In this document: piece after piece, positions 19,401-26,651 of the stretch
Layout: each line of letters opens with the position of its first letter
How positions within the stretch are numbered: the first letter of the stretch is position 1
Assembly: GCA_034670305.1 (NCBI GenBank)
Contig: JAXMNT010000007.1
Coordinates: 32,001 to 96,000 of the forward strand
Length of the DNA: 64,000 nt
Reading direction: 5' to 3'
DNA from: Deltaproteobacteria bacterium
GTDB lineage: Bacteria > Myxococcota_A > Polyangia > Polyangiales > Houyiibacteriaceae
Made by a program: the position numbers and the translations under genes
The notes under the pieces: generated by a model
Databases searched by the model: none
Told to the model about the DNA's origin: nothing
What the model saw: the letters and a program-made list of their open reading frames with translations, nothing else

Positions 19401-21722
19401 GACCTTCGGGGCGCATTCCGGGCGTACCAAGAAGTGGTCGAACGCGACCCGGCGAACGACCCCGCCCTCGATGGGCTCCAGCGTCTCGGTCAGAACCCCG
19501 AGCTCGCGCTCGAGGTCGTCGACACGTTGGAGGGTGCCTTCCGAGAGACCGGGTCTTTGGAACGCATCGCCGGTCTCTACGACATCCGGATCAACCTCGC
19601 CGACACCGACGGCGAGCGTGTCCGCATGCTCCAAGAAGCAGCGCGGCTCTGGGAAGAAGAGCTCGGCCAGCCCGCGAAGGCGCTCGAGTCGCTGCGCAAA
19701 GCATTCGAGATCGATCCGCGCGACGAAGTCTTGCTCAGCGACATCGAACGTCTTGCGGCGGCTTCGGGCGCCTGGGAGTCGCTGCGTGGCCTGGTCGAGG
19801 CCGTCGAGGCCGCCGGGGATGCGGACCGTGATCTTCTGCGGGACCTGAACCTGCGCGCCGCGGTCTGGTACCGAGACCACCTGGGGGACAACGCCTCCGC
19901 GGAGGCCCGGCTTCGCTCTGCGCTCTCGTCGGACCCCGAAGCCGCTTCTGCGCACGAACAGCTCGCGGCCTTGCTCCGGGTTCCCGACCGGGAAGCGGAC
20001 CGGATCGCGGCACTGCGGGCCTGGGCCGACGTCGAGATCGACGACTTCGCGAAGAAGGAGCGGCTGCGCGAAGCCGCCCGCCTGGCAGAGACCGCCCTCG
20101 GCGACAGCGAGACCGCGGCCCGTTGCTACGAAGCCATCCTGGACGTCGACCCCTCGGACGTGAACGCGATCGACGATCTCGTGCGCATCCGTCGCGAAGA
20201 GAGCCGCTGGGGCGACGTCATCAAGCTGCTCGAACGCCGCGTCGAGCTGGAGATGGAGCCGGTGGTCCGCCTGGACCTGCGCCGCCAACTGGCGGCCATC
20301 TTCGCCGGTCCGGTGGAAGACGCCGAACGCGCGACCGCCGCCTACGAACACATCCTCGAAGAGGCGCCGGAAGACGTCGAGGCCATCGACGCGCTCGAGC
20401 CTCTCTACGAAGCCGACGAGCGCTGGGACGACCTGCGATCGCTGCTCGACCGAAGGCTGGATCTCGCGACCACCACCGAAGCGCAGATCAGCGCACGCGT
20501 CCGACTCGCCCGCCTCGCTGAGAAGGCGTTCGGCCGGCGCGACGATGCGATGTCGCAGTTGCGCGAGATCCTCACCATCGATCCCACCAACCTGGAAGCG
20601 ATGGACGAGCTCGAGCGCCTGCTCGAAGCGGAGGAGGACTGGGACGACCTGGCGACCCTGCTCAAGCGCCGCGTCGCGGACGCGGCTGCGGTGGGCGACG
20701 TCGGTCGTCAGAAGGCCACGCTGCTTCGGCTCGCGGCACTGCACGAGGACCATCGAGACAGCCCGGACGAGGCGGCCGGCGTGCTCGCCAACGTGCTCAC
20801 CCTCGATCCCGAGAACGCCGACGCGGTCCGCAAACTGGTCTCCCTCCACGAGACGGCGGGTCGCTGGCAAGACGCGGTGCAAGGACTCGAACGCCTGCTT
20901 CCGCTGCTGCAACCCAACGAAGCGGTTCAGACCTGCCACAAGATCGCGGACATCGCGGAGGACCACCTCCAAGATCCGTCCCGCGCCTCTGGTGCGCTTC
21001 GGGCCGCCTACGACTTGCAACCGACCGCGACCACACGGGAGCTGCTCAAGGGCCACCACGAGAAGCATGGCTCCTGGCGGGAGTTGGCCGAGATCCTGGA
21101 GACGGAGACCGACGCGCTCGAGAACGACGCGGAGAAGGTCGCGCACCTCAAGCGGATCGCCGACCTCTACATGGAGAAGCTGGACGATGCGGCGACGGGG
21201 GTTCAGTTCCTCGAGCGGGCCGCCGCACTGACGCCCGACGACCGGGAAGTGCTTCTGCCGCTCTGCGACTTGTACATCGCGGCTGGTCGGCAGCAGGACG
21301 CGGTGCCGGTGCTCGAGAAGATCATCGAGAGCTTCAAGGGCCGACGCAGCAAGGAGCTGGCGACCTTCCACCACCGGCTCGGCATGGCGCTCTACGGCAT
21401 GGGAGACGGGGAGGGCGCGATGAGCCACCTCGACTCCGCGTTCAAGATCGATCTCACCAACGTCGCCATCCTCCGCGACCTCGGCAAACTCTGTCACTCG
21501 AACGGCGACCTCAAACGGGCGCAGAAGACTTTCCGAGCGCTGCTTCTGCAGAAGCTCAAGCCGGACTCCGGCATCACGAAAGCGGACGTCTACTTCTACC
21601 TCGGCGACATCTCCCACAAGGACGGAGACGCGCGCAAGGCCATCTCCATGCTCGAGCGGGCGCTCTCCGAGGACAAGGAACACGCACAGGCGACCGAACT
21701 GCTCGCGCAGCTCAAGGGTTGA
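10482..21722 (+). CDS. Giant tetratricopeptide-repeat protein (3746 aa), AgmK/GltI-like gliding-motility-type scaffold
   Basis: Continuous ORF with dozens of TPR-like units (A...Y..VL..DP....AL..L..LY....W..L). AGGAG RBS upstream. The family call is inferred from size and repeat pattern. Confidence 0.85.
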   Translation: MASLTVSNYLGMLQDDPENRESFEGLRDVLASGDPALLGDQPMRLLEAARHEHEKHGETQAVAWLIELESSHSDDDPRFQAALCKELGRIKHEELLDDAGALEAYARALELKPGDEDVEVAIEEIEQSAEKWRAIADRFIDEAKDASDASLKASMLARAAGLVWQHRTKGRNKEVDKLFKRALAADPSSTRAARLYCVTLRNREKFAEMAEVLRTTADAARGRDDKLMLYLHAARVSLHQLADRPAAAGCYERVLDFVPGHEEALRFLVEHFTRQEEWDHLVALYEDALRSRQKLESEQGILLQIGMVHWRIRNAPKQAEPYFARLRKIDPAHPGMLGFYREYLTALADHEDSDIASDASIRLLTILTDAQRVANDESLKVELAVELARAAQRTDATERAIDAWKSVQRIDPTHEEAGQALRGLYRRGQKWNALVEVMRAELDALPANSEDDALRSRRVELLRELIVIYRDELKLDVMVINTWNALLEEDPSDPEGLAQLAATYEGMGRWNDLIQVLTKQVDATDDTTEKVSLLSRIAGLWIDRFANYNQATTPLEAVIDLEPENRDALSQLKTIYTKKRSWKQLYAVLEKESQLASDPEARLAMKLELAKLAGDRLHQHAEAIQLWRSILEEAPDTEGAIPTLEKLADREKDWTTLAFVLELRVDREDGDKGKIKVLQKLGGVYGEHLDDPAKAADTWKRILEVDPKNGRALRTLREAFLKGQDWDGLEALYAEAEDWEGLVDVLGSAAERTDDPQVTVTLSFRAAAVYEEKIGKPERAFRSYERVLKVEPNNLEAARALVPIYEAQEKWPQIVAMKEILIGGMDDDADKLVAADELRALYAERLRDEAGAFEWAKLAYELSPDDAEMQGHLETAAGAAGSWEELAAVYQKRLADDATSDDTKLALGRRLATISGERLGKTDEAISQLERVLEGDPSDVETLKLLDGLYRAEGRTEDLRRLGEHRLEHALDDASRRDALVDLAHLEEDVLEDADAAAARYRKVLELDAEDTEALGALDRLAVLAERWDELVDVLRRRILIAEEDDQAELGVRLGDLLRSHTGDNRGALQAYAEVLHIQPRSGRAILGLEAVAEADPELVLETGRHLEPAYESTNQWEKLASVLKARLRATEDGDDKRALRLRLAELQSTTLGDTEGAYNALEAAFLDRPSDVELWDRLAAAADAGGKHEALVLAFATGIEAGGLGAADVAQLSGRVAEIYDVVLGRPPEAEPFHKRVLQDDPLHERAFLALKELYTDGERWDDLQMLYRNRIAETVDGDSKRELLLQVCFLFEEILEDPLLAIRSYQEVLELDPDHEPSRAALNRLYRRSEQWRDLVALLRQDVDRTMDDDRARLALTFEIGELHEQKLEDPGVAVDCYEQVLEASPTHVKAQQALERLIDVGAQRQRVAAILEPLYETQGAWAELARVLAVQLEAVSDPGSRVGLLTRLAALREDKLGDSEGAFSAFADAVTTDPADATSRQELGRLATLRGADRERAEVLETAAASADGYLKAEILLELARLWDDQVGDREAAERTYTKLIEVDGDNPDSVLPAARALERIHLANDDHPKLAEDLRLQIKLNYDPDEKRGLLIRLALLLEDVLEDVPGAIAAQRQRLDLDPDDTDALRALERLYEREGEWQKLVGVLQSRDSATTDAGEQETIAQRIGEIYETKLDDADDAIVAYNDALSRFGPSEGTLIALARLYAGSEKWDDLLEILEMKLERATADDERADLHFRMAQLMRTRTGDVERAVEVYAEVLSLSPGHPGAVEALEEVITNPNADFRVEAARTLVPFYTEQGRHGDLVGALEVVAETDDPTEKLQALRRASEVAEMGLEDEGQAFRLTAAAVRAALGEGNLGPMLADLERHAVSAEKHAEHAELLEAIAPDILDGDLQTEALMRCALVVRTRLEDRSRARALYQRVLDHRPEHRPALDALEELHAEVDDHHALLDILRRKTDLADSPEARIALLERQAQICEDHTGDLVSAIDAYEQVLGEQDTRREGYEALRRLYAKAERWPDLSATLERQLEAGAGDPVEVRYELGRVSLQRLNDAYVALDHLREALALDSGHEPSIALLESMMAQDEHRGDAAEILEPVFLGRMDWPKVTSTLEARISSTDAPEDKKPLLAKLGQIHEDYLEDLEGALAVYIRLFQSDPADRGSWETLARLSRILESHDAVAAAYGGVVERGGVVDEDTAELARMAGRLYDDKLGDAEHATGIWTKVLEFEPTDREAFEALERGYGKLERHDALLDLFRRRVDYGESDEERVQLLHKIAALHEQREETEEAIAAFRRALEFDPADATATQALDRLLGGAARWDDLADHLRFRIDNAAGTDAEFELKHRLGVLLSEQLGEHERAIDVFEEIVVERPNHQKTIESLEGLVTREALRGRLTQILEPLYRAQDQWMKLVAVLEARVNLAEHPADQAPILAEIGRLHEDRGSDPGRAFVAWTRAFVCDPQDDAARGEVDRLAGLLEAWDALIAAYEEALRKSDDPMLGSRLLGVIARVHDERRGDPRSAIETYERLAAHDQEDLTALDALEALHTMVGDWRGLVEVLDRKVERTYEPEARAELLRQAASVLEELLGDPKGAIVLYQRASDEDPNDVIALEALDRLYASSSNDEKLAEVLLRRMEADPDVETRVELGQRLAQLYETQLDRPHDAIDVFVRVLEMDPQNTPSVTGLGRLYERQAMWPELLDNLKLRAGLAESSTDRVALIHRAGAVTERELDDVLEALVLYQQVLDIDNRHEPSLQALVRISHLEDYRLQAAEILEPLLHVHERWDLLADLKKLKADAATDPFDKKAELSALAQVRESGLQDTQGAFDAYAAAFAEDPADEDIAEHLERLAAMTDGYGRLADELSTRAGGALDPVVARGLFERLARIAEERLDDPARAIDAYARALEQVGDDEDLLAALDRLYVKTENWSALVEVLERRTNLADDPTERAAQRVRLGEIRETHLGDLRGAFRAYQEVVERDPANDPALDGLQRLGQNPELALEVVDTLEGAFRETGSLERIAGLYDIRINLADTDGERVRMLQEAARLWEEELGQPAKALESLRKAFEIDPRDEVLLSDIERLAAASGAWESLRGLVEAVEAAGDADRDLLRDLNLRAAVWYRDHLGDNASAEARLRSALSSDPEAASAHEQLAALLRVPDREADRIAALRAWADVEIDDFAKKERLREAARLAETALGDSETAARCYEAILDVDPSDVNAIDDLVRIRREESRWGDVIKLLERRVELEMEPVVRLDLRRQLAAIFAGPVEDAERATAAYEHILEEAPEDVEAIDALEPLYEADERWDDLRSLLDRRLDLATTTEAQISARVRLARLAEKAFGRRDDAMSQLREILTIDPTNLEAMDELERLLEAEEDWDDLATLLKRRVADAAAVGDVGRQKATLLRLAALHEDHRDSPDEAAGVLANVLTLDPENADAVRKLVSLHETAGRWQDAVQGLERLLPLLQPNEAVQTCHKIADIAEDHLQDPSRASGALRAAYDLQPTATTRELLKGHHEKHGSWRELAEILETETDALENDAEKVAHLKRIADLYMEKLDDAATGVQFLERAAALTPDDREVLLPLCDLYIAAGRQQDAVPVLEKIIESFKGRRSKELATFHHRLGMALYGMGDGEGAMSHLDSAFKIDLTNVAILRDLGKLCHSNGDLKRAQKTFRALLLQKLKPDSGITKADVYFYLGDISHKDGDARKAISMLERALSEDKEHAQATELLAQLKG

Positions 21723-21734
21723 ACGAAGACCGGC

Positions 21735-22601
21735 GTGACTGAACTCCGGTACGTCTCGATCGATGGAACGCTCGTCGGGGCCGACGCGGCGCGCATTCCG
21801 GTGACCGACCGCGGGTTCTTGTACGGAGACTCGGTCTTCGAGACCTTTCGCACCTACGACGGCCGAGCCCATGCGCTCGACCGACACCTGGCCCGACTGG
21901 TCCGGTCGGCCGCGGCTGTGGAGATGGCGCTTCCGGTCGCCATCGATGTTCTGGCGGACGAAGTCCGCAGCCTGGTGTGCGCCACCGACCAGGCGCTTCG
22001 AGTGCGCCTGATGGTCACCCGCGGGGATGCAGCGGGTCTTGCCGAGACCGGACCGGCCCGTCGGGTGATGCTCGGCTACCGCTTCGAGCCTCATCCAGAC
22101 GACCACTACACGGCGGGTGTCCCTGTGCGGCTCGTGGAGGGCGGCCGATTTCTCGCGGGCGCCAAAGCCGGCAGCTACCTGCTGAGCGTGCTGGCGACGC
22201 GCGAGGCCCGCGCCAAAGGGGGCTACGAAGCGATTCTCGTGGAGGACCTGGGCCCGGGCGGGCAGGTCTGGGAGGGCGCCACGAGCAACGTGTTCGCCGT
22301 GGTCGATGGGGTCTTGCGCACCGCATCGACGGGGGTGCTGCCCGGCGTGACGCGCGGCATCGTGCTGGAGTTGGCGGCAGAACTCGGTCTGACGGTGGCC
22401 GAGGGACCACTTCGAGTGGCGGACCTGCGCGCCGCGAGCGAGGTCTTCCTCACCAGCGCCACCCGCGAACTGATGCCGGTCCGGTTGCTCGACGAACAAC
22501 CACTCTCGCCCGGACGGGTCCAGGCGGCTCTGCACGAGCGCTACCGCGCGACGCTCCAGGGTCGGCTCGATGGATCATCGGCGGACGGAGCGTCGAGGTA
22601 G
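21735..22601 (+). CDS. Aminotransferase class IV (PabC/IlvE/D-amino-acid aminotransferase-like)
   Basis: DRGFLYGDSVFET, HLARL, EGATSNVF, LPGVTR, EVFLTS. Confidence 0.9.
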   Translation: MTELRYVSIDGTLVGADAARIPVTDRGFLYGDSVFETFRTYDGRAHALDRHLARLVRSAAAVEMALPVAIDVLADEVRSLVCATDQALRVRLMVTRGDAAGLAETGPARRVMLGYRFEPHPDDHYTAGVPVRLVEGGRFLAGAKAGSYLLSVLATREARAKGGYEAILVEDLGPGGQVWEGATSNVFAVVDGVLRTASTGVLPGVTRGIVLELAAELGLTVAEGPLRVADLRAASEVFLTSATRELMPVRLLDEQPLSPGRVQAALHERYRATLQGRLDGSSADGASR

Positions 22602-22626
22602 GCCAGGGCCCCAGGGCCCGGAGGCG

Positions 22627-22755
22627 CTACTTCTTGTCTTTGTGGATCGGGAAGCTCGGCGTGGTGCCGTTCTTCTCGAGCTTCTTCTTGCGCTTCTTGC
22701 CGGCCTTGCGTGATTTGTTGAGGCGGCGCGTCTCGGTCTTCTTGGTGTCACTCAT
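22627..22755 (-). CDS. Small, very basic protein (42 aa), absent from the ORF track
   Basis: MSDTKKTETRRLNKSRKAGKKRKKKLEKNGTTPSFPIHKDKK*. Mostly G/C third positions; sigma70-like promoter directly upstream. Confidence 0.7.
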   Translation of the reverse strand: MSDTKKTETRRLNKSRKAGKKRKKKLEKNGTTPSFPIHKDKK

Positions 22756-22765
22756 GAGGGGAGGC

Positions 22766-22794
22766 GGATTAGCGCGCCGCGGACAGGGTTGCAA
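22766..22794 (-). promoter_or_regulatory. sigma70-like promoter for the small basic ORF
   Basis: Minus strand TTGCAA-17 nt-TAATCC, 10 nt before the ATG. Confidence 0.5.
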
Positions 22795-22836
22795 GCCCAA
22801 CCGACCCCGCCTGAGCCAGCGAACGGCCAGCAGTCT

Positions 22837-23988
22837 TCAGTGGAGGGTGTGGTCGTGGCCGTCGTGTTCGATGGTGGGGATGCCGGGTTCGCGCCCCTGG
22901 GGTGGGTCACCGCTGGTGACGAAGGTGGGGCCATGCTCGGCGAGCCGTTCTTCGAGCAACGCCTCGATGCGCGCCATCGCCTCGTCGTGCTCGGCTTCTT
23001 CTACGCCCATCTCAGCGACCTTCGAGTGATGCTTCTTCCGCCGCCGGCGCCAGGCCCAGACGAGGAGAATGGACGCGATGACCCAGAAGGTCGTGCCTCC
23101 GAGCATCAGCGGCACGCTGCTCATGCGGGAGCCGATGTCCGCGAGCCACTCGCGTTCGAGCTGGTTGGAGCTCAGCGCGTATGCCTCGAGCATGGCCGCC
23201 TCGAAGGTCTCGCCTTCTTCCAACTTGTCGATGAGGTTCTTGAACCGGGTGTCCGCCCGGGTCTGGCGGCGTAGAAAACCCACGAGGTCCGCGGACTGCG
23301 CGTAGGCGAGGGAGACCGCGCCCTGTTCGTCCGGGAAGGAGCCTTCGACCTGGTCGAGTGGGAGCAGGGCATCCTGCACGTGGGCCATCCACAAGGTGCG
23401 GAACCGCTCCATCGAACGTTCTCCGCTGTGATGGATCGCGACGCCTTCGACGAACCAGCGCGGCATGCGCGCAAACCCCACCGCCCGACGCAGGGCCACG
23501 TGGGAGAGTTCGTGCACGAAGATCTCGTCGACGCCGGGAGGCGAATGCGCACTGGCACCCGCCGTCAGCGAAACGAGCACGACGCCCCAGTTCGGGTAGG
23601 CCACGCCAGTGGCGTACTCGGGCGGCGGCGCACCTTCCGGCGCCAGCGCGCGCATCTCGTCTGGGTTGCGTGCGATCCGGATGACGATCGCGTCGTCGAC
23701 GTCCACGCCGAGGTCTGCCTCGATCCCTGTCCACTCGGTGTCGCGAATCGTCTGGAGTCGATGCACCGTCGAGCGGACGTCGCGCGGGTAGGTCCACGTC
23801 ACGCCGCGAAGTTCCACGGTCTCGAAGTCCGCGGGAGGATCGGGCAGATGGGCTTCGCCCCGAACCCGAACCAGATCGAACTGCGCATGGGACACGCTGG
23901 CGATTGGCACGAAGAAAACGAGCAGCACGGCGAGCAGTGCGCCGAGCCGCGGAACCAAACGTCGAACCCAACCAAGGTGCTGTCCCAT
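22837..23988 (-). CDS. Peptidase MA-like (HExxH) metallohydrolase with a C-terminal TM helix
   Basis: Signal peptide, FVHELSHV, PRWFVEGVA, LAYAQS, C-terminal TM followed by RRRRKK. Start is ATG 23988 or coupled GTG 24039. Confidence 0.8.
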   Translation of the reverse strand: MGQHLGWVRRLVPRLGALLAVLLVFFVPIASVSHAQFDLVRVRGEAHLPDPPADFETVELRGVTWTYPRDVRSTVHRLQTIRDTEWTGIEADLGVDVDDAIVIRIARNPDEMRALAPEGAPPPEYATGVAYPNWGVVLVSLTAGASAHSPPGVDEIFVHELSHVALRRAVGFARMPRWFVEGVAIHHSGERSMERFRTLWMAHVQDALLPLDQVEGSFPDEQGAVSLAYAQSADLVGFLRRQTRADTRFKNLIDKLEEGETFEAAMLEAYALSSNQLEREWLADIGSRMSSVPLMLGGTTFWVIASILLVWAWRRRRKKHHSKVAEMGVEEAEHDEAMARIEALLEERLAEHGPTFVTSGDPPQGREPGIPTIEHDGHDHTLH

Positions 23989-24035
23989 CAGACCGCGGGA
24001 TGCGGCGGTGTGGTTTGGCGTTGGTCGGTGCGTGG

Positions 24036-25007
24036 TCACTCGGCTCCCGCACGAAAGCGTAGCACTGGGGGAGGCAGGGAGTCGTCGCGGCGCCCGCGAA
24101 TGATGAAGAACGCCACGACCCCCGCCAGAAGCAGCCCCCCGACCAAGTACGCCCAGTTCTTCCGGAACCAGGCCCGTGCCGGGGGGATTTCGGCGTCTTC
24201 GGTCTCGGCGGCGACCGAGGCGCGGGCAGCGACACGCGGCGAGAGCGTGTCCTCCCCGTGTTCGCGTCGATGGGCCGCACCGGTGGCCCGCACCACGAAG
24301 CGCGCGCTCTCGGCCATGGGATGCAGCGGGTGGGTCTCGCGGTAGAACGCCCGTGCCCCGACATCGAACACTTCGACCTCGATCCGTCCGTTGGTGCGTC
24401 GCAGCACCACAACCGCATCCGCGCCCGCCATCCGCCCCAGGCGCGTCAGCCCCGGCCCGTCTTCGTCGCCGAATCCGAGCGCCCGCCGCTCGCGGCGGAC
24501 CCGCTCGAGCCCGTCTTCCCCATCCGCTGGCGCCCCACGAAGCGCCCGCCGCAGGCCACCGTCCGAAGGCAGCTCCAGCCGCCGCCCAAGCACCCGCTCG
24601 AACCCCGCCGCACCCTCGCGGAGCCCGGAATCGGGATCCCCCGCCACGACCACCACCACCTTGCCGGTCCCCCACGCGGAGTCGGCGGCTACGGCTTCGG
24701 AATCGGCCTCGGAATCGGCCTCGGAATCGGCTTCGGAATCGGCTTCGGAATCGGCTTCGGAATCGGCTTCGGAATCGGCTTCGGAATCGGCTTCGGAATC
24801 GGCTTCGGGATCGGCTTCGGAATCGGCTTCGGAATCGGCTTCGGGATCGGAATCAGCTTCGGAATCAGCTTCAGAACCGACTTCGGAATCAGCTTCGGAA
24901 TCAGCCGCGACGTCGGTCTCCGACTCAGCCTGCGCCTCGACGTTCGCCGACGACACCGACCCTGCCAGCCACACACCCACCACGACCCACAACCACCGCT
25001 GGTTCAC
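24036..25007 (-). CDS. Exported, membrane-anchored protein with acidic EADS tandem repeats
   Basis: GTG overlaps the truA stop. Signal peptide, (EADS)n tract, C-terminal TM WAYLVGGLLLAGVVAFFII. Confidence 0.7.
   Translation of the reverse strand: MNQRWLWVVVGVWLAGSVSSANVEAQAESETDVAADSEADSEVGSEADSEADSDPEADSEADSEADPEADSEADSEADSEADSEADSEADSEADSEADSEADSEAVAADSAWGTGKVVVVVAGDPDSGLREGAAGFERVLGRRLELPSDGGLRRALRGAPADGEDGLERVRRERRALGFGDEDGPGLTRLGRMAGADAVVVLRRTNGRIEVEVFDVGARAFYRETHPLHPMAESARFVVRATGAAHRREHGEDTLSPRVAARASVAAETEDAEIPPARAWFRKNWAYLVGGLLLAGVVAFFIIRGRRDDSLPPPVLRFRAGAE
24693..24905. repeat. 12-bp coding tandem repeat (GGCTTCGGAATC)n encoding EADS
   Basis: About 17 near-identical units visible directly. 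Confidence 0.95.
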
Positions 25008-25882
25008 GACTTCACCGCAGCCTTCTTGTGGTCGCCGCGGCCCAGCGCGATCTCTACGAGTGTCAGCCCGTGGGCGGGCGCGGTGGGTCCGCTCTGATGG
25101 CGCGACGCTTGATCCGAGAGCAACCAATCCATGCGTTCCGGTTCCGTTCTGCCGCGACCCACGTCGACGAGGGTGCCGGCGAAGATGCGAACCATGTTCT
25201 TCATGAACGCGTTCCCACGGATTTCGATCGCGAGCGAATCGGCGCGCCCACCGAAGCCAGGGAGAATCTCGATGGAGTGCATCTTGCGCACGGTCTGTTC
25301 ACGGTCGTCGCTCATCGCACGGAATGCATGGAAGTCGTGTTCCCCGACCAAACGTGACGCCGCGTCCCGCATCCGGTCGAGATCCAGGTAGTCCTCGATG
25401 GTCGCCCGGCGCAGCACGTGACCGTCCTCGCCGCGCGGGAGGTCGCGGCGGCCCATCCGTCCACCGAGATGCCACGCGATGCGGCGGGTCGACGGGTCCC
25501 GAACGTGCCCCCCGCGAATCAAGTAGCGGTAGAGTTTGTGTCGGCTGTCGTGCCGTGGATCGTAGCGCCGGTCGACGAAGCCAGCCGAGGTGACCACCAC
25601 GTCTTCGGGCAGCAGCCCATTGAGGCCAACGGTCCACGCGGTGAGCGGGAGCTCCTGATCGACCCCGCACGCAGCGACCTGTCCGAGCGCGTGTACGCCC
25701 GCGTCGGTTCGGCTGCATCCGCGCACCCGCGAGTGGCCGACTCCGAGTGCGTCGATCGCTGCCTCCAGCGTCTCCTGGACCGTGCGCACCCGTGGCTGGG
25801 CCTGCCAGCCGTGGAAGTCGGTCCCGTCGTAGGCGACCGTCAAGCGGACCCCGAACGGGTACTGGGGCGGCTCCTTCGCCAC
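25004..25882 (-). CDS. truA: tRNA pseudouridine(38-40) synthase
   Basis: AYDGTDFHGWQ, SRTDAGVHALGQ, GEHDF, FMKNMVR, GPTAPAHGL. Confidence 0.95.
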   Translation of the reverse strand: MAKEPPQYPFGVRLTVAYDGTDFHGWQAQPRVRTVQETLEAAIDALGVGHSRVRGCSRTDAGVHALGQVAACGVDQELPLTAWTVGLNGLLPEDVVVTSAGFVDRRYDPRHDSRHKLYRYLIRGGHVRDPSTRRIAWHLGGRMGRRDLPRGEDGHVLRRATIEDYLDLDRMRDAASRLVGEHDFHAFRAMSDDREQTVRKMHSIEILPGFGGRADSLAIEIRGNAFMKNMVRIFAGTLVDVGRGRTEPERMDWLLSDQASRHQSGPTAPAHGLTLVEIALGRGDHKKAAVKS

Positions 25883-25913
25883 TAGCGGTTCTCTCTGCCC
25901 AGCGCGGCGCGGA

Positions 25914-26651
25914 CTAGAACGTGATCCCGAGACCGATCGTCCAGGCGAGCGAGGTCCCGAGGTCCACGGTGCTGTCTGCCGTCGATCCGAAGATCTCCAC
26001 GAAGAGCGCGCTGTGGTTGATGCCCCATTCCTGGTCGAGCATGGCCGCTCTGCGGCGATCGAGAAAGTCGAGTTCGAGCGCGAACTGAACAGCCCAGCGC
26101 AGGCCGAAGGAGCTGCCGCTTCCGGCCGTGCCGCCGCTCGACTTGAAGAAGATCGCATCGAGGCCGACCTTGCCGGTGACGACGAGCGGAACGTTCAGCT
26201 CCCGAGCGAGGACATCGACCCGGAGCACCGCCATCAGGGCGACGGGAAAGAGTTTGAGCTGTCCTTCTTCGTCGAGTCGCTGAGTGCAGGCCGCATCGAG
26301 GCACAGCCCCGCGGAGTAGCGCGCCCAGCCGCCCGAGACGCCACCGCCGATGAGGCCGACAAACGGAATCCGGTAGGCGAAGACGTCGAACTCCAGCTGG
26401 AGCAGCGGGCCGTGGTCGTCGCCGAAGATGGCCTCCACCGCGCTGGTTCCGTCGGCCAGCCGAGCGCCTGGGTCGTAGGTGCCGATCTTCAGTTCGAGCC
26501 CGAAATGCTCTGGCGTCGAACGCCGCGACCGCGAACGAAGTTCGTCCGAGTACTGAGCCTCGACCGTCGTCGAAGCGAAGAGACTCCCGGCCGCCAGCAG
26601 GAGGGTGAACGTGGAGCGCAACGCGGTCTGGGCGGGGTGCGGAAGGTTCAT
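25914..26651 (-). CDS. Outer-membrane beta-barrel protein (MXAN_2562-like)
   Basis: Signal peptide, alternating amphipathic strands, C-terminal Phe (WTIGLGITF). ATGA-coupled to the upstream gene. Confidence 0.7.
   Translation of the reverse strand: MNLPHPAQTALRSTFTLLLAAGSLFASTTVEAQYSDELRSRSRRSTPEHFGLELKIGTYDPGARLADGTSAVEAIFGDDHGPLLQLEFDVFAYRIPFVGLIGGGVSGGWARYSAGLCLDAACTQRLDEEGQLKLFPVALMAVLRVDVLARELNVPLVVTGKVGLDAIFFKSSGGTAGSGSSFGLRWAVQFALELDFLDRRRAAMLDQEWGINHSALFVEIFGSTADSTVDLGTSLAWTIGLGITF

Noticed and set aside
14880..22535. 2551-aa minus-strand ORF (and 10296-13097)
   Set aside because: Antisense shadow of the giant TPR gene, expected from high-GC codon bias; no recognisable motifs.
24176..25357. 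(NRLR)n, (GFGI)n, (SESA)n and (PKPI)n ORFs
   Set aside because: Alternative frames of the 12-bp repeat. Only the EADS frame has a signal peptide, a TM helix and coupling to its neighbours.
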